Source: Dicyema japonicum (lineage: Eukaryota; Animalia; Dicyemida). Taken from it: a stretch of 64,000 nucleotides of DNA. A program made the position numbers and the translations under genes. This document shows positions 1 to 12,860 of the stretch, piece by piece. Each line of letters starts with the position of its first letter. Positions within the stretch are counted from its first letter, which is position 1. Where the stretch lies: the NCBI GenBank assembly GCA_011109175.1, contig RDEW01000021.1, positions 1,018,585 through 1,082,584 on the forward strand, read 5' to 3'. The notes beneath the pieces are model-generated. The model was not told the origin of the DNA. It worked only from the letters and a program-made list of their open reading frames with translations, and did not search any database.

Positions 1-2700
1 GTACTTGAGCATTTAGACGTAAGATATGTCCAAAGAGACTCCATCTTGATCTGAAGATCTCCTCGGATAGTATACCAGATTTGCACTTCGAGTAGAGGTC
101 ATTGTTTGAGATCTTCTTAGGCCACTTGATCTTGATTACTGATTTCAATTGTGTCCTGTGGAAAGCGTCAAGACGGTCCATCTCTTGTTTAGAGATTCCC
201 CAAGTGCCTGAATTGTAGGTCAGGACGGGGATGACAAAAGCCTTATATATTCTGAGTTTGGTGTTTAATCCCATCCTCTTCTTATGACCCCACATATTCG
301 ATACTTTCTTTAGTGCACACATTGCGAGGATTTTCCTCCGAGAAACATCTTCTGAGTCCCCGAGAAGCGAACCCACCTTCTTTTGCTTTCTCCAAGACTC
401 GTCCGATCTTCGATCATTGCGTGTAAGTGTTGTGAACTCTGTTTTATCGGTGTTAACGGTTAAGAACCATTTCGAGAATACGTGTGGAAGAACGTTAAGC
501 ATGTGTTGAAGTACTTGAATATCCTCAGAAACAAAGTCCAGGTCGTCCGCGTAGATTATCTCGTTATAATTGTTGCCAACCAGGGGTCTGAACTCTCTTA
601 GTGCGGCCTCAAGGTAGACAATAAAGAGGACCGGGGATAGTGAGTCCCCCTGTGGAACTCCACGTGAGGTCGAAAAAAAGTTAGAGGTAGAGTCACCAAT
701 TTTGACGGCAAGTTGAGTGTTCCGCATGAGTAAGTGTATTATTTTGACATCGTCAGGCAGTAGAAAACTCTCCAACACTTCCATAAGTTTTCCACGGTCC
801 ACCGAGTCGAACGCACGGGACATGTCGATACCAAGTATCTCAATAGATTTTTTGTATTTTTGGCACAGGGCACAATACCACCTGTGCCCCCATACCACGT
901 CAGCCGTGGACCTGCCCGTCCGGAATCCACTTTGGCCGTCCGAAAGAAATATGTTCACCCTCTCCTTTATTCGGTTTAAAGCAATGAGGGATAATGTTTT
1001 TCGTATGGAGGTTAGGAGTATAATAGGTCTGAAGTTGTGAGGGGGCCTTTACTTTTTCCCGGTTTTTGTAGTGGAATTAGCCACCCTTTTCCCAGTTCCA
1101 GTTCATCTGCACCCTCGAGAGACCGGTTGAAAATGTTAGTAATCATTTCAATTAGCTCCTCCGGGCCGTATTGTAAAAGTTCTGCAGTAATGAAGTCTGG
1201 TCCGGCAGATCTTCCGGTATTTAATTTTTTAATAGCTTGTTGAGTTTCGGATATGGTAATAGGGCTAGTTAGAGTGTACTTGTAAGACTTCCGAGATTTC
1301 ATTGCTTGGTCAGCCGCGTCCTGTTTGTTGAACATAAGGTCAAAATGGGATGCCAGAACGTTTGCTTTGTTAATGGTCCCGATAACGTCGTGACCAAGGT
1401 TGTCATGGACAGTTAACGAAATTGGACAGTTTTCTCTGCTAAGAAGCCGGATTGCTTTGAACATTCTTGGTCCGTTCTTGTACTTTAATATGTCTGAGAT
1501 TTTCTCCTCAGCTTCATTTTTGGCAAGGAATCTTTGTATTTGTTTGATCTTCGTTAAGACTCTCCCTCTCTGGGTGCGCAGTACTTTGATATCTTCCGGA
1601 GCGTTTGTGTTTTCCATCCGGAGTCTGAGCTCTTTCTGTGTTACAGAGAGTTGTCCGATATCCGGATTACATTGTTTGTGACGAGATTTGGTGATGTGAC
1701 CAAGCACACTAAAGGCTGTGTTTTGGATAGCAACCACTATTTCATCCCATAAGCTGTTTGTCGGCTGATTTTGGTTAATACTGTTGATGCTATCTCTCAG
1801 AACTGCACTATAACGACATTTGGTGGATTCTTCGTAGCGTAACCTCTCAGTGTCGAAACGTACTGAGGTAAGGCCTTTGTGTTTCCCGTGTATTCCATGG
1901 ATTCTTTTAAGTACTAGCCGGGCGACCACAAGTTTATGATCGCTACTTGTTTCAAGTCCACCGTAAGATCTCGAGTCCTGTAGGAGGGCCTTCTGATGTT
2001 GCTTGCAGATAATATAGTCGATCTGATTGTATATATTGACTGTGTTTCCAGATTTGCCTTTTCTGGTACCAACCCACGTGGTCCTGTGTCTTGCCGGGTG
2101 CTTGAAACAAGTGTTGCATATGAGTAGGTTGAATGCCGTGCAAAATTGTATTAATGCCTCTCCGGGGATGTTACGGCGGTTTCTACCGTGGGATCCAATA
2201 CACGTTTCACCAGGTCTTGCTTTTCCGGCCCTGGCGTTCCAGTCCCCGGCGATAAAAAGAAAGTAAGAGGATGAAAGTGAGTTGTACACCACTTGTGAGA
2301 GTAGAGTAAAACGTATCCAGTTCTTCGATATTCGTTGATACACGTGCTCCGGTTGGGGCATATACGTTTATGATGGAGATCACTGAGTTAGTTTGTTTCC
2401 GCATTTGATTTGTAACACCGCGACACGGTCAGATATTGCCCATACTCTTGAGACACAGTGAAACAAGTGCGATGAACAGCAAATCCGAGCCCATAGTGTC
2501 TGCAGTCTGGTGAGGGTCAAAAGGTAAAAATTCTGAAACAGTTCTGCAGATTGTTCGGTTATTTTCGTCTCTTGCAAACAACAGACAGAGATGTTGTATT
2601 TACTCAGATCACGCGCCAATTGTTGTTTCTTGTAGCACTGATTGAGGCCTCGGCAGTTGAGGGATCCAAGAGAGGGGAGAAACTGGTAAGCAATACGAAG
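1..2700 (-). mobile_element. RTE/RTEX-type non-LTR retrotransposon, APE + RT, frameshifted, 3' end beyond window
   Basis: Minus-strand APE motifs (GSLNCRGL, CCLQETK, INVYAPT, AGDWNA, NQIDYI, SDHKLV) and RT motifs (GRSAGPD, QSGFRTGRSTAD, GVPQGDSLSP, YADDLDF, TYNSGTWG). ORF 1012..2361 is one segment. Frameshifts lie near 2510, 2320 and 1035. Confidence 0.92.
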
Positions 2701-2720
2701 AAGACATAGTGCAAGTAGAG

Positions 2721-2760
2721 GGACGTCACCACCTCAACCAAAAAGGACGTCACCACCTCA
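2721..2760. repeat. 16-bp direct repeat (ggacgtcaccacctca x2) at the 5' boundary of the RTE element
   Basis: Exact copies at 2721-2736 and 2745-2760. Confidence 0.85.
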
Positions 2761-2899
2761 CTTAACCTTATATGACATTAAAAATACGTTTATGTTCTAT
2801 TAAAATATATACCATTTTTAAATATTTTATAATTACATCTAATTTTGCTACTAATAAAATTAATATTTGAATTTTGTCTTATAGTAATAAAATTTGCGA

Positions 2900-2997
2900 T
2901 CAAGAAGGAGTTGAAGTCGACCATTTTATCACTGACTCCGACTCCAACTATACAAAAACCCCTCGACTCCGACTCCAACTCCGACTCCACAGCCCTG
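2900..2997 (-). mobile_element. Terminus of a non-autonomous DNA transposon, probably hAT-related
   Basis: The minus strand reads cagggctgtggagtcggagttggagtcggagtcg, a CAGGG end with GGAGTC subterminal repeats typical of widespread invertebrate MITEs. Confidence 0.6.
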
Positions 2998-3396
2998 CTC
3001 ATAACCATGGCCTGTCAATTTGATACCATTTACAGAAATCCACTCTTTTCTCTGGTGGTCTCATTTTGATTAAGCGACCCACCACAATGTCGTATACTGT
3101 ACAACAATTCTTTGTGCGGCCAACACGTTTGATATGCCTGGAGTAAGATGTATTAGAGAAGGAGTTATTTTGAATTAGAGAATGAGTATTTTGAATTAGA
3201 AAATGAGTTAGGGTGAATTAGAGCATCGGTTGTTTCTATACATTCATAAAGTTTATTTTATTGACAGAATACGATGTTAGAACTATAATTAAATTGACTT
3301 GTAATTTTTATCCATAAATTCTCTTTTTATTTTCGATATTTATATTTATCATTGATCATTGTGATTCATTTGGTTTCATTAATATATATATTTTGC

Positions 3397-3697
3397 CGCG
3401 TGACGCCATGTGGTGCTGCTTGGTTAATTGGTTTAATTTTTCTGCTTGCTTGTCTGTTCCTCTCTCTCTTCCTAATAGAGTGGCGTCATGTGATCCACCT
3501 GGCTAGGTGACGCCCAGTGCCAGGATCATTTGCTCTCCTCCACTCCACTGGAGGGGTTTCCACAACTGCATGTAATGGACGTCTTACCCTTTATGCTGAT
3601 TCCGGATGGACTCTGTTCCTGTAGAAGTGGAAACTGGATACACTTAATTAGTTGTTTACTTAACTTTTTTTTCGGTGTATCCGGGGTTAATAAATTA
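3397..3697 (+). mobile_element. Short interspersed element family B, copy 1 (conserved leader, pseudoknot, AT-rich tail)
   Basis: Colinear similarity over ~300 bp with 19215-19532 and 38853-39120. Ends in ggggttaataaa. Confidence 0.85.
3482..3528 (+). ncRNA. HDV-ribozyme-like double pseudoknot, copy with P4 3' half and J4/2 deleted
   Basis: P1 ggcgtc/gacgcc, P2 tgatcc/ggatca, P3 acc/ggt, L3 tggcta. Confidence 0.5.
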
Positions 3698-4844
3698 ATG
3701 ACTCCTGCAACCATATGTTTTGGAATAAGTTTGACTTATCAGCCCGGACACGAAGATGGCCCCGGGTTCTCATACTATACAGATCACAATGTTTTTACAA
3801 CAAGAGAACAACAATCAAAGTCAACATGGCTTGAAATGTTAAACGCATAAACGTCCTCTTCCTTCCGAAGAATTCTATGACAACATCTAAACTGAACTAC
3901 GTACTTCGTGGTGATTGCAGATTGGTCAAGAAGGGGAAGGAAGAATTGAGTAGAAGTTTGTTAGATTGACAATTTTCCTTCTTAGAGAATTTATGGTATC
4001 GTAGCTAAGACTGAGATTCCATAAAGTATGCACCACCATATTCTAAATTTTTGTCTAACTTTCCTTCAATGATCAGGAAGTTTAGTGGTTTAAAAATATC
4101 AGTAGAAATATTCCATGGGTTCACACAAAAAGGATCTACTACTCCAGCTAATTTAGTTGCGTCTCCTGCTCAAATATAAACTTCAAAAAACTCAAAATGT
4201 GGGCTTGTTATTGATTACTTGTTTTAACCCACATGCAGCTGTAGACCTCCTACAATGAGAGTCTTGTATTCTAGTACTGGAAACCGCTTATGCACGTGAA
4301 ACCTAGAATTCTTTAATGACTTAAAAAATCCTGTGCACCCACAATAACCTAACCGAAACTAGAAATCAGACAATTGTTTCTACGGTCATCGACATCAGTC
4401 ATATACAATAGAAAATTCCTCCTCTATCTCCACCATGACGAAAATGATCCATGATGTTGTATCAACTAGAGTTATTCGTTGACGGAAGTCATCCAAAAAC
4501 AATAGATGATTTGGAAGAAACCCTCACTAGAGATTCTAAAAGAATCCTATCGCAAATTCACTCAGGAAATTTCAGCTCCTAGGATAGATCTGAGTATTGG
4601 TTTTCCTCAAAGTTTGGTGATATTGTCAATCAAATTCTTTCCTGATCACCAATGACTCTAAGAGATTTGTGGAAGCACTCTCAGCGTAACAGTTAATGAC
4701 AATCGACCTACATGCTAGTGAGGTCGGGTAACTAACTCAATATGGATTACTGTTTTAATCAAAAACCATCATATGTGGGACAGATTACCAAAATTTAGCC
4801 CCAATCTGATTTTAATTTAAAGTTCTCGGATAACTAACATTTTA

Positions 4845-5340
4845 TTAACTCAGACAGACAAGAAGTTCCCCAACTTCAAAGGGGAAGATGGTCATCTTAT
4901 CTGGTCGTTTCCCGTCACGTCTGCAAAGACCGATTGGTTCGAGCATGGAGGGGTGTCTGGCGATGTCCAAAGCTAGCCTAACGACTTCGTTCAAGGCTAT
5001 ATGTCTGTGAGATCTGCCTGCATTCTTCCTGCAGAAGGTGTAGGGCAAAACGGTCAATCTGATCTCCGCATCGCTACAGGTGCGCACTCTGACTTTTAAT
5101 TTCAGTCATAATGAGATTTTTATACGGACGCATTTATCATCCAGAAAAATACCCAAAACTCAATTGAGCAAGGCACCACTCTCGGATAACGCCTCAGACA
5201 ATAAACAGGCATGGCGATGTTGGTTAGATGACACTAGCAGATTTTCAAAAGACTTCCGTAATACAGCATCGTTCAGACCCTACAGAGAGAACATAGAAAA
5301 TAGGGAAAACTGAAGGTACTGCTCCAGACCTCACGAGCAT
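4845..5340 (-). mobile_element. CRE-type (restriction-like endonuclease) LINE, 3' fragment
   Basis: CRKNAGRSHRHIALNEVVRLAL...LEPIGLCRRDGKRPD motif of the Zn-knuckle/REL domain. Confidence 0.85.
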
Positions 5341-5555
5341 GACCGGGTCAGTAGAGAAGGGAGTGATTGTATCCTCTTGACAAGGTTAATATAGTATAAA
5401 TTTGTAATATCAGACTTAACAGACCTAAAACCACAAACTATAATTGGTGAGAGTCCAATCCTTGACTTTCTTTGTTCAAAAATTAATGTAAAAATTCAAG
5501 CCACAGATTGACGCAATAAATACTAAAATAAATTTAGCACAATTATTAATACAAA

Positions 5556-6994
5556 ATGGAAAGGTAGTCTTCATTTGCAATTAAAGAATCTTTTTATAGT
5601 TCTTGGAATTGTCCTACTTATCACGTGGAACATCACCATCAACATAGCCACATAGGTATTATAAATAGCACATTACTAGTACTACATAGAATACATACTC
5701 AACTCAGACACTCACCCTAAAGTGATTGCCCTGCGAAGTTCATTCTTTAATTACATTGTGATCATCTCCCAAGTCATGATGTTCGTTATCGTTGTCGGCA
5801 GTTATTTCTACCGTTCCAAAAAGTAACAGATTAAACTAAAGACAGGAGAGAAGAAGTACATCATATCACCGTGACTGTAATAGCCTTATTCATTGGTATA
5901 TTAACCATCCTTGCTTTGGCTGATACCACCAAATGTATTTTTATTTTGCCATATTTTAAGGGAAAATAAGTTAATTTATCTTCACTACTTAATGATGTCT
6001 GCTATGGAAGTCTACGTACATAAATGTATTTTAGTGGCTTCTGGATGATGGAAGTATCTCTATTCGCCATGACTGAAGCATTTCAGGGGAAAGATAACTC
6101 TTCCCTTCATTGCTTACAGGAATGGTAGTTACAAGTACTTTATTGGTGGAATTTATGTCGAGTAAAACCCACTTTGTTTTTTCTGTTGCTGATAGTGGGT
6201 GAGTTTTTATTTTTAGTAAATATTTAAAATTGGCACGTGGAGACTGGCTGCCATTTACTATCCAGTTGCTGGCCTATTATGTCTATTGGGACTGTATTTG
6301 CGTAAAAAGATAATGTCTCTGGTGGTCATTAAAGTAATTTAGCTAAATCTCAGATGAGATTAAAATTATATTGAATGTAAAAGTCGTTGAAGACCTCAAG
6401 AGACTGATCATTGCCTTTAAAATGTATTTTACTATAAAAATAGTATTCCACATATTGTTTCGTGGTCACTTTGTCCCCCAACAGTTATGAGGAGTTCTGC
6501 TCCACAAAATCCCAATATCCACCTCACTGGTATTTTGTTGTAGTAATATTAGATGATTGGTATGGAATAATATGCTCATTCATTATCTTCAACATTTTAG
6601 CCTTCGTTGTGTCTCCTATTCCTTCATATATTAGATTTGTAATATTATTGATAATCTTAGCCATCCCGTAAATATGCATTTATTCCTGCAGTACTAAGGA
6701 TTGCTTTCATTCCCATTTTTATATACGCAAACAGTTTATCAACAATTCGTGTTTTACCAGTTAATCCCTGACTGGTTTTTTTATTTTTTGCACAATCATA
6801 TTCTCCATCACTCACGGTTACTACTGCAGTCTAATCGCAACCTATGCCCTGAGTACTTTTGAACCAAATTAACATAGATATGCACCAGGTTATGAAAGGG
6901 AGGCAGGATTCTTGACTTGTATCTTCACTTCGGCCGGACTTGTTAGCAGGAGTTTGTCAGCAAACTGATCAACTACATAATCACAAATCAGTGA
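5556..6994 (+). pseudogene. Equilibrative nucleoside transporter (SLC29/ENT family), micro-introns, disrupted
   Basis: Pieces read IVLGIVLLITWNITINIA (cf. LGIGTLLPWNFFITA), FVVTLS, FIIFNILAF, LRIAFIPIFIYAN, RVLPV, FSITHGY and EREAGF...AGL, in ENT order. Has ~21-25 nt GT-AG introns, frameshifts and stops. Confidence 0.75.
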
Positions 6995-7129
6995 TACCTT
7001 AACCTTTTCTAATTGCTGAGTTATATCACAGATTTGTTAGTCTTCCTTATTGAAATTTAATAATTTGTTGCAAAGTACCACAAATATTTATGATTTTTTA
7101 TTATAGTGGGATAAGCTGTGGTCCACTTT

Positions 7130-7830
7130 AAAAGAATTTGGATTCGATTCCCATCTGATATTGCTTATCAAATCTCTTTATAAGGATCAAGAGCTATCGT
7201 TAGAACAGTGTATGGAGATACCGATTGGTTTCAAAATTGGTAAAGGAGTAAGACAAGGATGCTTATTATCTCCCATCCTATTCAATATTTATGCCGAAAT
7301 GATCTGACTAAATTGGATACTGTATCAAATACCGGGATTAAAATTTGAGGCAGAAACATCAATATTTGCGCTATGTTGACAATACAACCTTACTGGCTGA
7401 AACAGAGGATGACCTCAGGGAGTTGATTCTAAGATTCAGAGAAGAGAGAAAATGAGGATACACGGAAAATCGCATCTTTTGAACTTTGGTTCTGGAGGAG
7501 GTTACTAAGAATCCTTGGACTTCTAAATAACGAATATCGATGTACTCAAACGGATGGAGACGGACATTTCGCTAGAAGGAAGAATCGTAAAACATAAATT
7601 GGCGTTCTTTGGCCATGTTGTCCGCTCTGATTACCTGGAAAGAACCATTATATTACTGGAAGAGAAGATCTGGTCGACCGAGGATTCGGTGGCTATCCAC
7701 GGTAGAAGACGTCACGGAATGCCTACATCAAAGCTACTCAAAATTGCGACGGATCGGGGAGAGTGGAGAAAATTGGCTCATGAGATCTCCAAGAATCTGA
7801 CACGATGTAATTTGGATAACATAACATTAT
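7130..7830 (+). mobile_element. RTE-1/BovB-like LINE, internally deleted 3' fragment
   Basis: GKGVRQGCLLSPILFNIYAE, degenerate LRY(A)DDTTLLAE, FELWFWRRLLR, KLAFFGHVVR, DRGEWR. Confidence 0.85.
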
Positions 7831-8351
7831 AGTGGGGTCTTAAATTATGATATTATTTATTCATACAACCACAGTTATTACAGATTTTCCTATGCTTTTG
7901 GGATTAAAGATTGTTCGGCATAAGAGATTGTAAAGTTATTTCCCAATCAACAAATAATTATGAAGACTTATCATTTCAATAATATTTTTTTTTTCACTTA
8001 ATAGAAATACTAAATAAATGATGAGAAAAACCTATAAAATCACAACATGGTCAATCATTTCTATATGAAATTAAACAATTAGGTTTTTATCAAACTTCCA
8101 CAAATTTATTCAGTTCACCCAGTACGAGTGGGATGTATCCTTTTAATGAATCACTTCTTTTCCAACTATCCACCATAATGGGAATCCCTCCATTGCAGTA
8201 GGGATCCTTTTTAGATGACGATCAGGCATTGGGGGTCTCAGAGCCGAACGGAAACCTTCAACATAAGTAACGGTGTGAAATTTGATCTAGTGGTTTATGA
8301 ATGATGCCTTATCTATTGTGACCGCTTTTTTTGCAATTACAGATCTAAATG

Positions 8352-11258
8352 TAGCGTGATTATCCTATAAACTTGTAGAACTTTTAGTAATGCAGAATTT
8401 CATAATATCGGTTGATTTTAAAAAGCTTTTGGACAGCAACTGTTATCGAAGCATATTAAGCATATAGGTTTTCCATTATCCTCAATAAAGAAATCGTCAT
8501 TATAAAATTTGTTCACGGGCCATTTTTAATTCTCCGCGTGACGCCATTTGCCGACCACTAGCATAGAAGATAAATTTAATGTAAAATAATTCTATTAGTT
8601 TTTTAATTATATTTTTTAAAATTATTATTTTAATATAAAATCTGTAATTTTTAACCAAATGCAAATTCCTTCTTTGTATGCACTTTGCATTAATGATTTT
8701 CGAAAAAACATTAATATGAATAAATATGGTGGATTAAGCTCAAAATCGAAGACGAGATGATTGCAAAAGAATACATTATGAAATTGAATATTTGAAAGAA
8801 CACAATTCACTGAAAATATTATCAGTTTTCAATGATTTCTCAACACTAAGTAAACTCACAGAAGTATGTTATAACATTTTCCGCCTTGATTTGTCGACTA
8901 ATCAAATCGACATTAAAGATTTAGCAAATTTGTGCCAAAATCTACCAAATTTAACGAATATCAAATTAGCTAAAATAGCATCTTCTGAGAATTCGCCATA
9001 TCTTCAGTATTCTCCAAATAATATCAATTCTTTCACACTTTTGGAATATGATGACCCAGTTTTACTTCATTTGCTATTTAAAAGTGGATTTAGCGAAATT
9101 AGGTCACTTGAACTTTTATCAGATTCTCTTCTTGAAAGAAGTACTCCAACTAAAATTTATTGCTGCACAGTCAAGCTGATCAGAAAACTCGAAAGTATTA
9201 ATTTTGACAATGTTCTGATATCCAATTTCGAAGAATTTTCCAAAAGTCTTGCCAGTCCCAGATCTCTAAAGTTTCTATTTTGTTAGATTAAGATATTTTT
9301 CGTACACAAACAGTAAAAATGTGCATAAATTAAGCTGTGATTTTAGACCGTTGTTAAAATTAGCCAAGAATTTAAAATTCTTGGATTTGTCTGGATTCTT
9401 GATTGATTATGAATTATTAAAACCGTATTTTAATGATAGATTTTTAGAGAACTGTCCTTAAAAAAATTAACGAATTTTGCTTTCAAAAAATTTCGCAATT
9501 TGTCAAAACTAATGTCAATGTTATATTATTAATTGTAGATAAAATCAAACTTACTGGTGGATAATTTGGTTAATGCAATTTTTCACTTTGAGTATAAGAC
9601 GGGCTGCTTTTTTACTTTAATTTATATTAATGATTGCGACTCTGAAATTCGGCCTTCGATTTATAAAAGATTTTTGAGGGTATTTGAAATTATAATATTA
9701 AAGTTTATCTGCCGCTTGTTGAAAACATCACGAAATACTAAGCTTATTCAACACATTATGTAATCGTGTGCGTTGATTTGATAGGTGTTGCTTAAAACCC
9801 ATGAATGGAGTGCCCATATCTGAATCTTATCGATGGTTTGAGTTCATGTTAACTTAGCCGTATTTATGAAGCTGTCCTTGTTATTCTAGAAGAATATTGT
9901 TCTCATAATAAGGTAGTTTCATTTTTATTTATTTCAGTTTAGAAAATTATTATACACCGTTTTGGAATGGATAAAACCATGGGAGTTATCAAATTTTGTA
10001 TTTTGTTTGTTTATTTTAGTTATTTTCTTTTTCGTTTATTACTCAAACATTCATGAAAGATGTTTACTCATACATTGAACTATATATGGATGATGTTGAT
10101 TTCATGTACCACACAATGAAGAGTCAAAGTATAGAAGTTTTGTCTTATTTTGGATATAACGAAATAATCAAGGTTATTGGTTAATTTTGAATTTAGTCAA
10201 ATGTGAATAATTTTGAAAAATACAAGCAACTAAAAGATTATCATTATTTTAATATGTCATGGAGAATTTTGTGGTATCTTGTAGGTGATTTTTTACCCTA
10301 TTTTTTAGATGCAAGCGAAAAAAATGCAACTTTGTTTGTTGATTTGGGAGGGATTGATATTATTAGCGACTCCTTTGATCAATTTCATGAACATGATAAT
10401 GTTCTATATGACGACTTTATATATCCAATTTTTAATGTTTTTGAAAATCTAACTAAATTTGGAAAAATTCGACCTTTGGTTAGGAAGAGTAGACTAATTA
10501 ATTGTGTATTGTATGTTTTGTGTAATTTTGATAGGGAAAATGTCTACTACGAACATTGCCCGGATATATTTGCTGCCATCTGCAATGGTCTATCAAACAT
10601 AATGAGTGACTTCACTAATGACATGGAGATTTGAGATATTTTTGATACTGAAAATAAAAACATGTCTGAAAATTCTTAATGCAATTGCTTTCTGTTCAAA
10701 TGATAATATGGAATATGAACTCTATGACGGATATTATCGGTTAGATATCATTTATACAAAAGATCGATTGATTCACTCGTAAATTTATTAAATGAGGACT
10801 TGGACCAAAGACTATGGCTTTGGGCCATTTGGGAATTTTCTCAAATGATTTCTTACAAGCGTAATATTTGTTGATTCAGTAGCACAAATATTTATCCCAA
10901 TGATGATTCCTAAAAATGTCTTCAGCAAAATTGAGACTCTGTCTTCACTCTCTAATATCAAGGATCTACAAGAATATGCCAAAACGTTTGAAGAATCTTA
11001 TAATGTATGTTTTATATGATTTTAGAAATATCTTTCGAATCATTAATATTAATGATATTTTCTTTATTTAATAGTTTTGTTATTAATGATAATTTCTTTA
11101 TATAACTTAAAAGTTTTTAATGACGTTAGGTTTAAGTTATTTTTAATATATCATGTCACAGGGACTACCGATCACCAATATTGCCTGTGACTTATTATCA
11201 TCAAAAAATAAACAAAAATTTTAAAATCAATATTTATTAACTAAATGAATGTTGTCAA
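8352..11258 (+). repeat. Segmental duplication, copy 1 (~2.9 kb)
   Basis: Highly similar and colinear with 14778-17926, including upstream region, introns and 3' flank. Confidence 0.95.
8659..11046 (+). pseudogene. ZYG-11/ZER1-like CUL2 substrate receptor (VHL-box, LRR, ARM-like), copy 1, disrupted
   Basis: N-terminal IPSLYALC resembles the VHL/BC box, and LRR-like pieces follow (LKFLDLSG). Removing a 24-nt intron gives SWRILWYLVDASEKNATLFVDLGG, matching ZYG11/ZER1 SALWNxTDExPxxC..F...G. Several stops and frameshifts. Confidence 0.65.
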
Positions 11259-12039
11259 GTGGCCTGCAGAGGTATAATATGTGACATGCTGTACTGGTTA
11301 CCAACACCTGCTATATGTAACCTGACAGCTGACATAGTTATCCTATATTTCGTACATGTTACGAAATAGGTACTACCAAGTCCGCCAGTTGGTCATGACT
11401 GTTCATCCCGGTACCCCCTTTCCTTGTTAGCCATCCATATTCTGGTCTAGGCTGTTTTGCATCCTATTTTATCTCCAGGACGTTGTAATTACAAAGCCAG
11501 GAAGCCCTTTTCCAGTAAGTTCTCCTTTTGTAGGTCCTTTCCCCAGTTTGTTATTTCACGGTGGTCCCAAACCATCCTGCAGGGACCGATGATGTGGTTA
11601 ACAAAGTCCCGTGTAGATTCCAATTCGAATGTAGGGAACAATTGGTGTGGGTACCAACTCCAGTATGACTTCCACAGTAGTCCCAGGTCCTGTAGGGATC
11701 AATGGCCTGGATAACAAAGTCCCGTGTAGATCCGGATACGAATGTAGGGATCAATTGGTGTGGGTACGAGGTCCAACTTGTAAATATCCGGAGATTTTGA
11801 TCTTTTGGCTACTGTGTCCCTTAAAAAGTTCTTTCGTTTTTGTAGATTATGCCCATTCGGCCCGTAGTATGTTTCTCCACCTTGTAATATGTTCCTCGTC
11901 TTGTAGAATAAGTTCATTCGACTTGTAATACGTCTCTTCGCTTTGAGGAGAATTTCTTGCAGTGCAATAGGTTCCTTCGTCTTGTAGTATGGCCCTTGTA
12001 ATGTTGATCTTGGCCTTGAAACATTTTCGACTTGAGAAC

Positions 12040-12410
12040 ATGAAAGTAGCACCAGTGGCACCACCTCCATCAAATTATTTGTAACTATGGAACAACTTGA
12101 CTCTTTTCACAGAGGCCAACTTAGAAAACTCCGTGGATACTCTTGGGCAAAGAAAAATCAAACAATAAATTGACCAATAAGTCTAAACGTACTTTAGCAC
12201 GCTGATGCATTTTTGGGCATATTATACGGATAGATGAACAGACACCATGCAATGCTGCCATGGAAGAATTTTTTCGGCTATACCGTATCTCCCGCATTCA
12301 GAGTATTTCAAGAAGTTGTCTTCCAAGGCACTCGCGGAGGATTATCCAATGATCGGAGGCAATTGCTGGATGGGGATGATCTTATGGAAGAAACTGCTTT
12401 ACAGGTTTTA
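12040..12410 (+). mobile_element. RTE-type LINE, degenerate 3' fragment
   Basis: QLDSFHRGQLRKLRGYSWAK, FLGHIIRID. Same region as in the other RTE copies. Confidence 0.65.
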
Positions 12411-12429
12411 TTTTTATTCATATAGATCT

Positions 12430-12860
12430 GAAAATTTTTTTTGATTGATGAAACTGATATCCGAAGACAGAAATATGTCAATACACTTATTGGAAAAATT
12501 TCTGATCCTAAAAAAATATTTTTTATATCTCGTCGTCATTGTCTTCTGCGGCTAACTCTTCGATTATCTGTCAGATTATTGACGATGTTCTAAGGTATTT
12601 TGTGATGGATCGCGAAGACGCTGTAGAAAATATTTAGAAATTACATTTAGGGGAAGACTTATGTGAAATCAGGAAATACTTGAATCAAGAAAGTATATTA
12701 ATCAAGTACTTTCTATCACAAAAAAAAGAAAAAAAACAAATTTCTCCATATGCATAAAACTATCTTAAAAAGTGTCCTTCCACATCATAAGTTGAGAGAA
12801 GTTTTTCTTTATTAAAAAAATTACTATCTAAATTTTAAACCCGAAGTTGTTTGAATTATT
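12430..12860 (+). mobile_element. hAT (CGGBP1-like) transposase remnant
   Basis: FLIDETDIR..YVNTLIG, NSSIICQIIDDVL and VERSFSLLKKLL (hAT dimerisation motif). Homologous to 27110-28190. Confidence 0.75.
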
